DNA of 64,000 nucleotides from the NCBI GenBank assembly GCA_902539895.1, contig CACBMD010000003.1, positions 8,015 to 72,014 of the forward strand. The letters run 5' to 3'. This document shows positions 1 to 8,857 of the stretch, piece after piece. Numbering within the stretch: the first letter of the stretch is position 1; every line of letters starts with the position of its first letter. The stretch is from an uncultured SAR116 cluster alpha proteobacterium (lineage in GTDB: Bacteria; Pseudomonadota; Alphaproteobacteria; Puniceispirillales; Marisalimonadaceae). The notes beneath the pieces were generated by a model. The model had not been told where the DNA came from. It made no database searches and saw only the letters and a list, made by a program, of their open reading frames with translations. Made by a program: the position numbers and the translations under genes.

Positions 1-154
1 CTTTATCTTTTGAATTATTCATTTCTTTTAATAAATCATCAGGATTTTTACCACCTCCAGAAAAAATTCCGGCAAGGATTATAAAAGTAAGAAAACCATA
101 TCCTATTTTCTTTTTTAAGGACCATTCTTTTATGCTGCTCAAATTAAACTTCAT
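1..154 (-). CDS. Hypothetical membrane-anchored protein, runs off the left edge of the window
   Basis: Manual translation MKFNLSSIKEWSLKKKIGYGFLTFIILAGIFSGGGKNPDD...; AGGT RBS-like site upstream; not in the ORF track. Confidence 0.6.
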   Translation of the reverse strand, partial: MKFNLSSIKEWSLKKKIGYGFLTFIILAGIFSGGGKNPDDLLKEMNNSKDK

Positions 155-306
155 AATTACACCTATTAAATTTAAATATGAGCATGATTACTTAATTAAC
201 ATGTTAAGTCAACTATTTTATGGTCTACCATCTGGTCTATCCTCCAAGCAAACATTACAAAATATGCTTACATATCAACTACTTAGGGAGACTTGGTCAC
301 ATAAAA

Positions 307-320
307 TGGTGCGCTCTGAG
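307..320 (-). repeat. att-like copy of the tRNA-Arg 3' end (CTCAGAGCGCACCA)
   Basis: Exact 14-bp match to 2173-2186. Confidence 0.85.
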
Positions 321-416
321 TGAAAGTTCTATGCCTTCCTAATGCACCACACACACTGCTACATAAGCTATACCCTTAGATTATGTATTACATTGTTAAT
401 GTCAATACGCACGAAA

Positions 417-440
417 TGTGCATCAGTTTGTGCATCAGTT
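417..440 (+). repeat. Tandem 12-bp repeat (TGTGCATCAGTT)x2, putative integrase arm-type sites
   Basis: One mismatch per unit versus the pair at 2099-2122. Confidence 0.75.
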
Positions 441-645
441 AAATTAACCGTTACTATTATAGGGTAAGTGGGTATATAAGTGTATTAATATACCTCTCTT
501 TAATAACACTTATATGTATCACTTTAAGTGTAACACTCCCCGGGAATGGGACATGGGGTATGGCTAGATATGTATAGTTAGGGTGTGCAGCAGATAACAC
601 TTTTTCATAGCATCAATAGCAATGTAGAATTATTATTTATAAAGC

Positions 646-975
646 CTAAGAAGAAACATTTTCAAAAAAATTAAAATCACTATTTGAGGTTTTTCTTCCA
701 TGTGTGTCACCTCCAACGATTGACATTGTGGCGCCCATCTCTTTAATTTGAGCTTTAACATCTGTGTATTCTTTTGCTTTTTTATATGATATTTCCCAAT
801 CTCTTTGTGATTTCCATACTGTTAAGTAATGAAGATGAGTATCTGAAACATCAATAAATAAAGAAAAGTTTAATCCTTCCTTAAATAATTTGTCAGTATA
901 ATTTATACAAAAAAATTTAAATGAATCTCTTCCAACTTTATTTGGAAATTTAAAAACATGAATTCTTGTGTACAT
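646..975 (-). CDS. Small hypothetical protein, possibly dimeric alpha/beta-barrel fold
   Basis: 109 aa ORF; N-terminus MYTRI shared with the pseudogene at 53228. Confidence 0.65.
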   Translation of the reverse strand: MYTRIHVFKFPNKVGRDSFKFFCINYTDKLFKEGLNFSLFIDVSDTHLHYLTVWKSQRDWEISYKKAKEYTDVKAQIKEMGATMSIVGGDTHGRKTSNSDFNFFENVSS

Positions 976-1145
976 AAAGCAACCTTTTTAATTATATAAT
1001 GAAAACTATGATAAACCTAAAAAATAATAAAATATAATTTAATCAAATTTGTATAAATTAGCAAAGTGTTATACTTAAAAAAACATCCACTTCAAGCTTT
1101 AGGGATGTGTGTTTGGCTAAAATTTATAGTTAGGAAAGAAATATA

Positions 1146-1541
1146 ATGGATACCATAATACAAAAAGATAGAGAAGACATGGAAACAATAGCTAAATCAA
1201 AAAATGATTATCCAGTTCTGATGATTAATCAAAATAGATATTTAAAGGGTGAATTTCCAAATGGTGACCTTTATTCAAAATGGAGGTCAATAAATAAAAA
1301 AATGATAAGTGAGGTTAAAGGAAAAGTTTTATGGTCTCTGAAAGTTGAAGCTCCGTACTTAATTAACGGAAATCTAGAACCGTTAGATGAAATATTAGCT
1401 TATTGGTATCCTTCTCATAAAGCTTTTTTATCAATGATTAATAGCCCACACAGAAAAGATAATTTTGAATTAAGAAAAAAGTTAATAGTCTTTGCTGTAA
1501 TTCATAGATGTGATGGAAGAAACGTTCCGCAAATTAAGTAA
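1146..1541 (+). CDS. DUF1330-like protein
   Basis: PVLMINQNRY and DEILAYWYPSHKAFLSMI motifs. Confidence 0.65.
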   Translation: MDTIIQKDREDMETIAKSKNDYPVLMINQNRYLKGEFPNGDLYSKWRSINKKMISEVKGKVLWSLKVEAPYLINGNLEPLDEILAYWYPSHKAFLSMINSPHRKDNFELRKKLIVFAVIHRCDGRNVPQIK

Positions 1542-1620
1542 ACTTCGCTAATAAAATATAAACTATATTAATTGCACATTTAGAGTCATACAGCAGGCTA
1601 AGTGTAATTACAGTCAAAAT

Positions 1621-1630
1621 TGTACATCAG
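1621..1630 (+). repeat. Single internal copy of the arm-like motif TGTACATCAG
   Basis: Identical to the first 10 bp of the units at 2099 and 2111. Confidence 0.6.
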
Positions 1631-1668
1631 ATGTGGTTGTAGTAAATTATTTCTTCTGATACAAATAA

Positions 1669-2016
1669 CTAAACTCTCAAATCCTGAAGGACAATATTTC
1701 TACTTGCCTCTATTACAGGGTCAGCTGCTTGTAGTTCTTTCATAATATTTTTAGTAAAATTTTCTAACTCTACTTGGCATTGTTTGAAAGCATTTGGACC
1801 ATCGTATTCAAATAGTACAGATGCTTTAAATGTTCCTTTCACGTTCCATATTTGGTTAAGACAAAATCTTGTACATCCTTTTGTTTTGAGTTTTTCAAAT
1901 AATTTTGTACCATTATCTTCCCAAATTTTTATGAAAAGGAGCATTTGTGCTTCTGTCTTAAAAGTAAAAGTATTATAAGTCATTAAATTTGCTTTTGTTT
2001 CCAACAGAAACTCCAT
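1669..2016 (-). CDS. Small hypothetical protein, possibly dimeric alpha/beta-barrel fold
   Basis: ORF track 1669..2082; more likely start is ATG 2016 or TTG 2004 (GGAG 6 nt upstream of the TTG). Confidence 0.65.
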   Translation of the reverse strand: MEFLLETKANLMTYNTFTFKTEAQMLLFIKIWEDNGTKLFEKLKTKGCTRFCLNQIWNVKGTFKASVLFEYDGPNAFKQCQVELENFTKNIMKELQAADPVIEASRNIVLQDLRV

Positions 2017-2098
2017 ATCTATAATTTTTACATAAATTTTAAATACTGATAAAAGTTTATATACAATTAATATAAAGGGCAATTTATGTTTAACAATT

Positions 2099-2122
2099 TG
2101 TACATCAGTTTGTACATCAGTT
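2099..2122 (+). repeat. Tandem 12-bp repeat (TGTACATCAGTT)x2, putative integrase arm-type sites
   Basis: Perfect tandem 50 bp from the tRNA 3' end. Confidence 0.75.
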
Positions 2123-2172
2123 TAAATACGTAACAACAATATACAATAAAATCAATAACATAGGAAAATTAT

Positions 2173-2249
2173 TGGTGCGCTCTGAGGGACTCGAACCCCC
2201 AACCTTTTGATTCGAAGTCAAATGCTCTATCCAGTTGAGCTAAGAGCGC
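2173..2249 (-). tRNA. tRNA-Arg (anticodon UCG)
   Basis: GCGCTCTTAGCTCAACTGGATAGAGCATTTGAC-TTCGA-ATCAAAAGGTTGGGGGTTCGAGTCCCTCAGAGCGCACCA; cloverleaf with encoded CCA. Confidence 0.97.
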
Positions 2250-2295
2250 TTGTGTTTTATTCTGAACATATAACAAATTTCTATTAAGAAAATAA

Positions 2296-3723
2296 TTAAT
2301 TTTTTTGAATAGGAGGCTTAACTCCTTCTGGAATTGGACAGATATAAGGATTTTTTGAGAGATGACTATCAAATTCTTTTTTAGCCTCAACAATTTTTTC
2401 TGGGTTTTTGATGAGGTTAGAAGCAGTAGATGCCATAATTTTTGCAGCATGAATCATGCCTTTATGAGCTGCTGGAGATTTCCCCTGAGCTACAGTTTGC
2501 CATGTATGAAACGTTGTTCCAACCGCACAAGTTGCTACACGAGCTTGGACAGTAGGAACTACCCAGCTTACATCACCAACATCTGTAGAACCAATGCCTC
2601 CATTATTTGTACTGTCTAAAGGTGCAACAAAATCACAAAGTGGTAAATCTAATGGGGCCTTAACACCTATTCTTTGAAAACTATCTAAAATCTCAGTCTC
2701 TGTGAAAGTTGAACGAATTTTGTTGGCAAACTCTATGTCTTTTTTATCAAATTTAACAGGTCCTAGCTTATCCCACTCAGCTTGCATTATTTTTTCTAAT
2801 GGCTTATTTCCTAATAAATTTGAAACTCCACTATAAACTTTTTTCTCTACTATTGTTTCAGTCATTAGAGCAGCACCATCTGCAATTTTATAAACTCTTT
2901 CAACTAAAGAGCGGAGTTCCATTAAATCTGAAGCTCTAATTAAATGTCGTATAGTTGCTTTAGCATGCACTACATTTGCTGCATTACCTCCAGTATCCAT
3001 ATAAGCATAATGAACTCTAGCCGAGTCAGGCATATGTTCTCTCATATAATTTACCCCGACATTCATCAGCTCAATTGCATCTAAAGCACTTCGGCCTAAA
3101 TGAGGTGCAGTAGCTGCGTGAGCTGCCTTACCAAAAAATGTAAAATCAATTCTTGAATTAGCAAGAGAAATTGGCTTGTTAACAGAGTTGAAAGTCGCTG
3201 GATGCCAACATATAGCAACATCAACATGATCAAACAATCCTTCTCTAGCCATATAAGTCTTAGCCGCCCCACCCTCTTCAGCAGGACATCCGTAATATCT
3301 TACTCTAGCTTTAATTTTATTTTTTGATAGCCAGTCTTTAATGGCTGTTGCGGCAAGAAGTGAAGCAGCACCAAGCAAATTATGACCACATCCGTGACCA
3401 TTTTTAGTGTTTTGTAATGGTTTGTGTTTAGCAATTCCAGATTCTTGGCTCAAGCCAGGCAATGCATCAAATTCACCTAAAATTGCTATAATTGGACCAT
3501 CTTCTCCATATTCACCCATCACTGCAGTTGGCATATTACAAATACTTTCAGTAATTTTAAATCCTTCTTTTTTTAACATTTTAGTATGCTCTAATACTGA
3601 CTTGAATTCTTGATATAAAATCTCGGGCGTATCAAAAATTTGATCTGAAAGATTTAAAAATTCTTCTTTTTTATTTTCAACTAATTCCCAAACTTCTTCT
3701 TCATTCTTCATTTTTATACTCAT
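2296..3723 (-). CDS. M20 family amidohydrolase (AbgB-like)
   Basis: GEFDALPG, GHGCGHNLLG, GCPAEEGG and GSTDVGDVSW motifs. Confidence 0.9.
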   Translation of the reverse strand: MSIKMKNEEEVWELVENKKEEFLNLSDQIFDTPEILYQEFKSVLEHTKMLKKEGFKITESICNMPTAVMGEYGEDGPIIAILGEFDALPGLSQESGIAKHKPLQNTKNGHGCGHNLLGAASLLAATAIKDWLSKNKIKARVRYYGCPAEEGGAAKTYMAREGLFDHVDVAICWHPATFNSVNKPISLANSRIDFTFFGKAAHAATAPHLGRSALDAIELMNVGVNYMREHMPDSARVHYAYMDTGGNAANVVHAKATIRHLIRASDLMELRSLVERVYKIADGAALMTETIVEKKVYSGVSNLLGNKPLEKIMQAEWDKLGPVKFDKKDIEFANKIRSTFTETEILDSFQRIGVKAPLDLPLCDFVAPLDSTNNGGIGSTDVGDVSWVVPTVQARVATCAVGTTFHTWQTVAQGKSPAAHKGMIHAAKIMASTASNLIKNPEKIVEAKKEFDSHLSKNPYICPIPEGVKPPIQKN

Positions 3724-3744
3724 AATTTCTAAAATTTTAATAAA

Positions 3745-5367
3745 TTAACCAATCAAATTTTCAATAGAAGGGCTAGCTTTTAATAAATCTTTTGTATATT
3801 TTTCTTTAGGAAAGTTAAATACATCATCAGTTACACCTTGCTCAATGATTTTTCCTGATTTCATTACAATAACCCTATCAGCTAAATCTTTAACTACTGG
3901 TAAATCATGTGCAATAAAAATATATGACAACGAAAATTTATTTTTCAAATTTAATAATAATTTTATTATTTGAGCCTGGATTGAGACATCAAGGGCAGAT
4001 ACTGCTTCATCACAGATAATAATTTCTGGATTGAGTGCCAAAGCTCTTGCAATAGCAATTCTTTGCCTTTGTCCACCAGAGAATTGATGAGGAAATTTGA
4101 TTGCATCATCTGGATGTAAACCTACACTTATTAAAAGATCTGATACTTTACTTTGATGTAATTTTTTATGTAAAAAATCTGAATGAATTACCCATGGCTC
4201 AGATATAATGTCATATATATTCATCGTTGGATTTAAGGATGCATATGGATCTTGAAATACTACCTGAACCTTTCTTCTAAAATTTAATAGATCTTTTTTA
4301 TTAAAATTTAAAATATTTTGTCCATGATATAAAATTTTACCATTTGAAGGACTTGCCAATCTTAAAATTAAATTAGAGATAGTAGTTTTACCCGACCCAG
4401 ACTCACCAACAATTCCTAGGACTTCATTAGGAAACAAATCAAAACTTACATCATCACAAGCAATAGTATCATAAAATTTTGAAATATTTTTTATTTCTAG
4501 GATTGGATCAGAAAACTTTTTTGATATCTTTTTTATCTGTTTTGTTATTTTTCCAGGAATAGAATCCATTAGCTGCCTTGTATAAGCATGGTTAGGATTT
4601 ATGAAGATATCCTTTGTTATCCCTTTTTCAACTATTTTTCCTTCATTAAGCACTATTACCTTGTCAGAGATTTCTGCCGCAATAGCCAAATCATGGGTAA
4701 TTAAAATTAGACCCATATTTCTTTCATCCCTAAGCTCACGTAACAATTCTAAAATTTTGGCCTGAATTGTAACATCTAATGCAGTAGTAGGTTCATCTGC
4801 TAAGATTATGTCTGGTTCTAAAGCTAGAGCCATTGCAATCATTACTCTTTGCCTTTGCCCTCCTGAAAACTGATGTGGAAAATCTTTAGCTCTTTTTGAT
4901 GGATTTGGAATCCTAACTCTTTCTAATAATTTAACTGCTCTTATCCAACTTTCTTTTCTTGAAAGATTTTTATGCACCTCAAAACATTCAGCAATTTGTG
5001 AACCCACTGAAAAAACAGGATTAAGATGAGATAACGTATCTTGAAAAATAATAGCTACCTTACTTCCCATTAGTTTTCTTCTATCTGTATCTGAAAGTTT
5101 TAATATATCAAGGTCATCTAATAAAATCTCGCCACTTTTAATTCTTCCTGGAGGACAAGTTAGAATACCCATTATTACAGAAGCAGTAACGCTTTTACCT
5201 GATCCACTCTCTCCAATAATTGCTAAAGTTTCACCTTTGTTTAAATCAAAGTTAACTTCTTTTACTGCATCAAAAGAACCTTCAGTAGTGTCAAATGAAA
5301 CTGAGAGGTTATTTACTTTTAATAATGATTTCTTTGCATCACTCACTTTTGTCACCAATGTTTTCAA
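3745..5367 (-). CDS. Peptide/nickel ABC transporter, fused double ATPase
   Basis: Two GESGSGKS/T Walker A motifs and two FSGGQRQR signatures. Confidence 0.95.
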   Translation of the reverse strand: MKTLVTKVSDAKKSLLKVNNLSVSFDTTEGSFDAVKEVNFDLNKGETLAIIGESGSGKSVTASVIMGILTCPPGRIKSGEILLDDLDILKLSDTDRRKLMGSKVAIIFQDTLSHLNPVFSVGSQIAECFEVHKNLSRKESWIRAVKLLERVRIPNPSKRAKDFPHQFSGGQRQRVMIAMALALEPDIILADEPTTALDVTIQAKILELLRELRDERNMGLILITHDLAIAAEISDKVIVLNEGKIVEKGITKDIFINPNHAYTRQLMDSIPGKITKQIKKISKKFSDPILEIKNISKFYDTIACDDVSFDLFPNEVLGIVGESGSGKTTISNLILRLASPSNGKILYHGQNILNFNKKDLLNFRRKVQVVFQDPYASLNPTMNIYDIISEPWVIHSDFLHKKLHQSKVSDLLISVGLHPDDAIKFPHQFSGGQRQRIAIARALALNPEIIICDEAVSALDVSIQAQIIKLLLNLKNKFSLSYIFIAHDLPVVKDLADRVIVMKSGKIIEQGVTDDVFNFPKEKYTKDLLKASPSIENLIG

Positions 5368-6253
5368 GACGCCATCTTTGTCTCGGATCTAAAACAATTC
5401 TTAACCACGAAGACAATAGATTTAAGGATAATGCTACTAACATAATAATTAAACCAGGGAAAAACGCTAACCACCATGCAATTTGTAGATAGTTTCTTCC
5501 TTGAGCCACCATTAATCCCCAAGTAACTTCTGGAGGCTGTATCCCAACACCAAGAAAACTCAAAGCTGACTCGCCCAACATAACAAATGCAAAATCTAAT
5601 GTTGCAATCGTAATAAGTGTTGGAATTGTCAACGGAGCGATATGTTTGAAAATTATCCTTAGGTTTGAAGCACCCATTGATATGGCGGCAGAAACAAACA
5701 ACCTTTCTCTTATTTCAAGCACCTCGGCTCTTGCAGTTCTCATGTATATAGGCATTCTTGTAAAGGCAAGTACAATAATTAAATTTAATAAGCCAGGATC
5801 AAACATATATAAAACTATTACGGCTAATAAAAGTGATGGAAAACTCATAATAATATCAGCCATTCTCATAATCAAATTTCCTATTCTACCACCATAATAA
5901 CCTGAAATTAGTCCTAAAACCCCACCCAAAGTCATTGATAAAATCACTGCACTACCTGCTATAAACATTGTGTTTTGTGTAGCAAGTATAAGTCTTGCAA
6001 TCATACTTCTACCTAGTGCGTCAGCCCCAAAAAAATACATAAAGTGATGATCAAAAGAAAAAGGTTCTAAGTTTCTAAGTCTTAAATTCATTTTTGTAAA
6101 AGATTCACTAATTAAAGAGGGTCCAAAAATTGCTAAAAAAACCATAAATAGCAAAAAAAATATTGATATTAAAGCTAGCTTGTCATTCATAAACATAGAA
6201 AATATTTTTCTAAATTTATTCATTAAATGATTTTTTTCTAAAATTAATTGCAT
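5339..6253 (-). CDS. Peptide ABC transporter permease (DppC/OppC type)
   Basis: FGADALGRS, ESALSFLGVG..PP..WG. Confidence 0.93.
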   Translation of the reverse strand: MQLILEKNHLMNKFRKIFSMFMNDKLALISIFFLLFMVFLAIFGPSLISESFTKMNLRLRNLEPFSFDHHFMYFFGADALGRSMIARLILATQNTMFIAGSAVILSMTLGGVLGLISGYYGGRIGNLIMRMADIIMSFPSLLLAVIVLYMFDPGLLNLIIVLAFTRMPIYMRTARAEVLEIRERLFVSAAISMGASNLRIIFKHIAPLTIPTLITIATLDFAFVMLGESALSFLGVGIQPPEVTWGLMVAQGRNYLQIAWWLAFFPGLIIMLVALSLNLLSSWLRIVLDPRQRWRLENIGDKSE

Positions 6254-6254
6254 T

Positions 6255-7172
6255 TTATTTATGCCTTATTCGTGGATCTAGAACTGCATATGCAATATCA
6301 ATTATTATATTTATAGAAAGTATAACTATTGCTGTAATTAAAATTGAGGCTTGTACAACTGCAAAGTCTCTTTGCATTATAGAATCTATCATGAGCTTAC
6401 CAATTCCCGGCCATCCAAATATTGTTTCTACAATTACTGCACCATTAGCAATAGCTGCAGCTTGATCACCAGCGACGGTTATAACAGGTAACAAACCATT
6501 TCTAAGAGCATGTTTAAAAATCACTGCTTTTTCTTTTACACCTTTTGCTCTAGCTGTTTTAACAAAATCTGAACTAAGAGCAGTAATCATTGACCCCCTT
6601 ACAACTTGAACTAAAAGTCCTAATGGTCTAATGACTAAAATACCTATAGGCATTATCCAATATGGGACTCCTCCAATTCCTGAAGTGGGCAACCATCCCA
6701 GAGAAACTGAAAATATTAATATAGCTGTTATCGCAACCCAAAAATCCGGTGCACTTGCAGCAGTTAAAGAAACAACTCTTGAAATCCTATCAAAAATTCC
6801 ATTTGGCCTATATGCAGCCAAAGAACCAATAAATATAGCACCTACTAGAGCTATTGACATTGCAACAGCAGCTAAAGACAAAGTAACTGGAATAGCTTCT
6901 AAAACTATGTCTATCGCGGGTCTTTCTTTTCTAAGTGAATAACCGAGATTACCATCAGTTAAGTCTCCTAAAAATTTTCCAAATTGAATGTAAATAGGAT
7001 CATTAAATCCATGTTTTTCAGAAAATTCTTTTCTAACCTCTAATGGAGCGTCTATAGGTAGATATAAGTGTCCTGGATCACCAGTTAAACGAGCTAGAAA
7101 AAAAACCATCACAAAAAGTCCAGTGATAGCTAAAATACTAGAAAAAATTCTTTTAGATAAATATTGTCTCAT
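6255..7172 (-). CDS. Peptide ABC transporter permease (DppB/OppB type)
   Basis: TARAKG, HALRN, VETIFGWPGIG, LDPRIR. Confidence 0.93.
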   Translation of the reverse strand: MRQYLSKRIFSSILAITGLFVMVFFLARLTGDPGHLYLPIDAPLEVRKEFSEKHGFNDPIYIQFGKFLGDLTDGNLGYSLRKERPAIDIVLEAIPVTLSLAAVAMSIALVGAIFIGSLAAYRPNGIFDRISRVVSLTAASAPDFWVAITAILIFSVSLGWLPTSGIGGVPYWIMPIGILVIRPLGLLVQVVRGSMITALSSDFVKTARAKGVKEKAVIFKHALRNGLLPVITVAGDQAAAIANGAVIVETIFGWPGIGKLMIDSIMQRDFAVVQASILITAIVILSINIIIDIAYAVLDPRIRHK

Positions 7173-7186
7173 AGATTTATTGTATT

Positions 7187-7227
7187 AAAAAAAACGTTTC
7201 CAACCAGAAATATATCTAGTTGGAAAC
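7187..7227 (-). terminator. Stem-loop with U-tract after the solute-binding protein gene (partial terminator or mRNA stabiliser)
   Basis: GTTTCCAAC...GTTGGAAAC inverted repeat at 7196-7227, followed by a T-run on the minus strand. Confidence 0.65.
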
Positions 7228-7242
7228 TAATTTTTTAAAATA

Positions 7243-8763
7243 TTAATTAAATTTTACCTGTGAAATTTGAATTTCACTATTTGTAGAAATAGTAGGCGTA
7301 AATTTAATTCTAGGGTTTACACGAGAAAATCCAACCATATGAAACATTTGCACATCAGGTATAATTTCTTCATGCAATCTCTTTTGTGCTTTGCGCCAAG
7401 TGTCTCTTCTCTTGGTTCCAGTAGCAGCTGTTGCTTCTGTAATCCAGGCATCTACTTGTTTGTCACATGTTGTAGATTGAGCACCTTTACATGCATATTT
7501 ATTAAACATGGAAAAAACAGCGTCACCATTGTTGTTGTCATGTTGACTTTGTTGTAAAGCTGGTCCTCTGTCTTCAGCATAAGGCCTACTTAAAAAATTA
7601 AGCCATCCTGCAGTTTCCATCATTTTAATTTTTATATTGAAACCAACTTCAGTCAGCATCGCATGCATAGCTTCCATTGCTTCTGTGGAATTAGGATAGA
7701 TACCTAATCTTCCAATCAAAACAATTTCTTTATCTACTGGCACACCGTCTGCCTTAGCAGCTTTAACTAATCTTTTTGCTTCAGCAGGATCATATGGCCA
7801 CGGCTTAAGATTTGGGTTGTGACCGTTGATACTTGGAACAACAATCTGAGTCATTTTGACAACGCCTTTAGGAAAAATTGTTCCCATTAAACCATCGAGA
7901 TCAATAGCTAGGTTCATAGCTTTTCTTACTCTAATGTCATTTAAAGGAGCTCTTGTCATATCAATCCTAAGTCTGGAGGTTTCGGAGTTAAAATAACTGA
8001 AATCCATTTTTGCATCATTAGCATCTTGGACACCAATACTTGCGGCTATATCAGCTTCACCAGTTTTAACCATAGCAGCTCTAACTGCAGACTCATTTCT
8101 CCAAACATATGTTGCATTCTCAACCTCTGGTTTATCTCCCCAATATCCATCAAACCTTTTTAAAGTTACAGATTGACCTGGGGTCCATGTATTGAATAAG
8201 TATGGACCAGTTCCTTTAGGATCACGAACACCCTTAGCCTCTTGGGTGTTAGGACTTACAACGGTCATAGTTCCCATCAAGGCTGGCATAATAGGTTGGG
8301 GAGACTCAGTTTTTACTGATATAGTATGACTTCCTATTGCAGAAGCTTTTAATTTTATATTGCCAAAAAACTTTGTTCTAATTTCACAATCATACTTAGG
8401 ATTTAATGCACGATTAATAGACTTTACAACAGCTTTTGCATTCAAATCTTCTCCATCATGAAATTTAATACCTTTTCTAATATTAAATTCCCAAGTTAAA
8501 TTATCTGTTTGCTTCCAGGATGAAGCAAGTCTTGGGGTTACTGATCCATCAGCTGGATTTATTTCAGTAAGCGTTTCAGTAACATTTTGTTTCACTATTT
8601 TCCCAACAACAGATCTTGTTGCTTCACAAGGATCAACGATATCAGGTTCCTCAGCTATGACAATAGTTATGTCTTTGCCAGCAGAATAAGCTGGAGAAAA
8701 CAAACTTCCAAATGCCATAATTGTAGCTGTGGAAATTGCAAATGATAAATTTTTTATTTTCAT
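7243..8763 (-). CDS. ABC transporter substrate-binding protein, family 5
   Basis: Signal peptide; LASSW, FHDGE, GTGPY, VRKAMNLAID. Confidence 0.93.
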   Translation of the reverse strand: MKIKNLSFAISTATIMAFGSLFSPAYSAGKDITIVIAEEPDIVDPCEATRSVVGKIVKQNVTETLTEINPADGSVTPRLASSWKQTDNLTWEFNIRKGIKFHDGEDLNAKAVVKSINRALNPKYDCEIRTKFFGNIKLKASAIGSHTISVKTESPQPIMPALMGTMTVVSPNTQEAKGVRDPKGTGPYLFNTWTPGQSVTLKRFDGYWGDKPEVENATYVWRNESAVRAAMVKTGEADIAASIGVQDANDAKMDFSYFNSETSRLRIDMTRAPLNDIRVRKAMNLAIDLDGLMGTIFPKGVVKMTQIVVPSINGHNPNLKPWPYDPAEAKRLVKAAKADGVPVDKEIVLIGRLGIYPNSTEAMEAMHAMLTEVGFNIKIKMMETAGWLNFLSRPYAEDRGPALQQSQHDNNNGDAVFSMFNKYACKGAQSTTCDKQVDAWITEATAATGTKRRDTWRKAQKRLHEEIIPDVQMFHMVGFSRVNPRIKFTPTISTNSEIQISQVKFN

Positions 8764-8857
8764 AATTTGTTCTCCTCCTTAAATTTATTTAACAAAATTA
8801 ATTTAAATATTTTTTTACCTCCTTTCACAATTAATATATTCTAAAAATTACAGTATT

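Larger units (their letters stand above)
307..2186. mobile_element. Integrase-less genomic islet inserted at the 3' end of tRNA-Arg(UCG)
   Basis: 14-bp direct repeat TGGTGCGCTCTGAG at 307-320 and 2173-2186 (tRNA 3' end); internal tandem 12-bp repeats near both ends; three small cargo genes. Confidence 0.75.

Noticed and set aside
132-323. 63-aa plus-strand ORF
   Set aside because: No RBS or family features; overlaps the start of a better minus-strand gene and runs into the att repeat.
417-2122. CRISPR array or integron attC array
   Set aside because: Repeats are 10-12 bp, directly tandem with no spacers, and lack attC-like palindromes; no cas gene or integron integrase.
2169-2450. 93-aa ORF from the track
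   Set aside because: Overlaps tRNA-Arg and the amidohydrolase 3' end; spurious.
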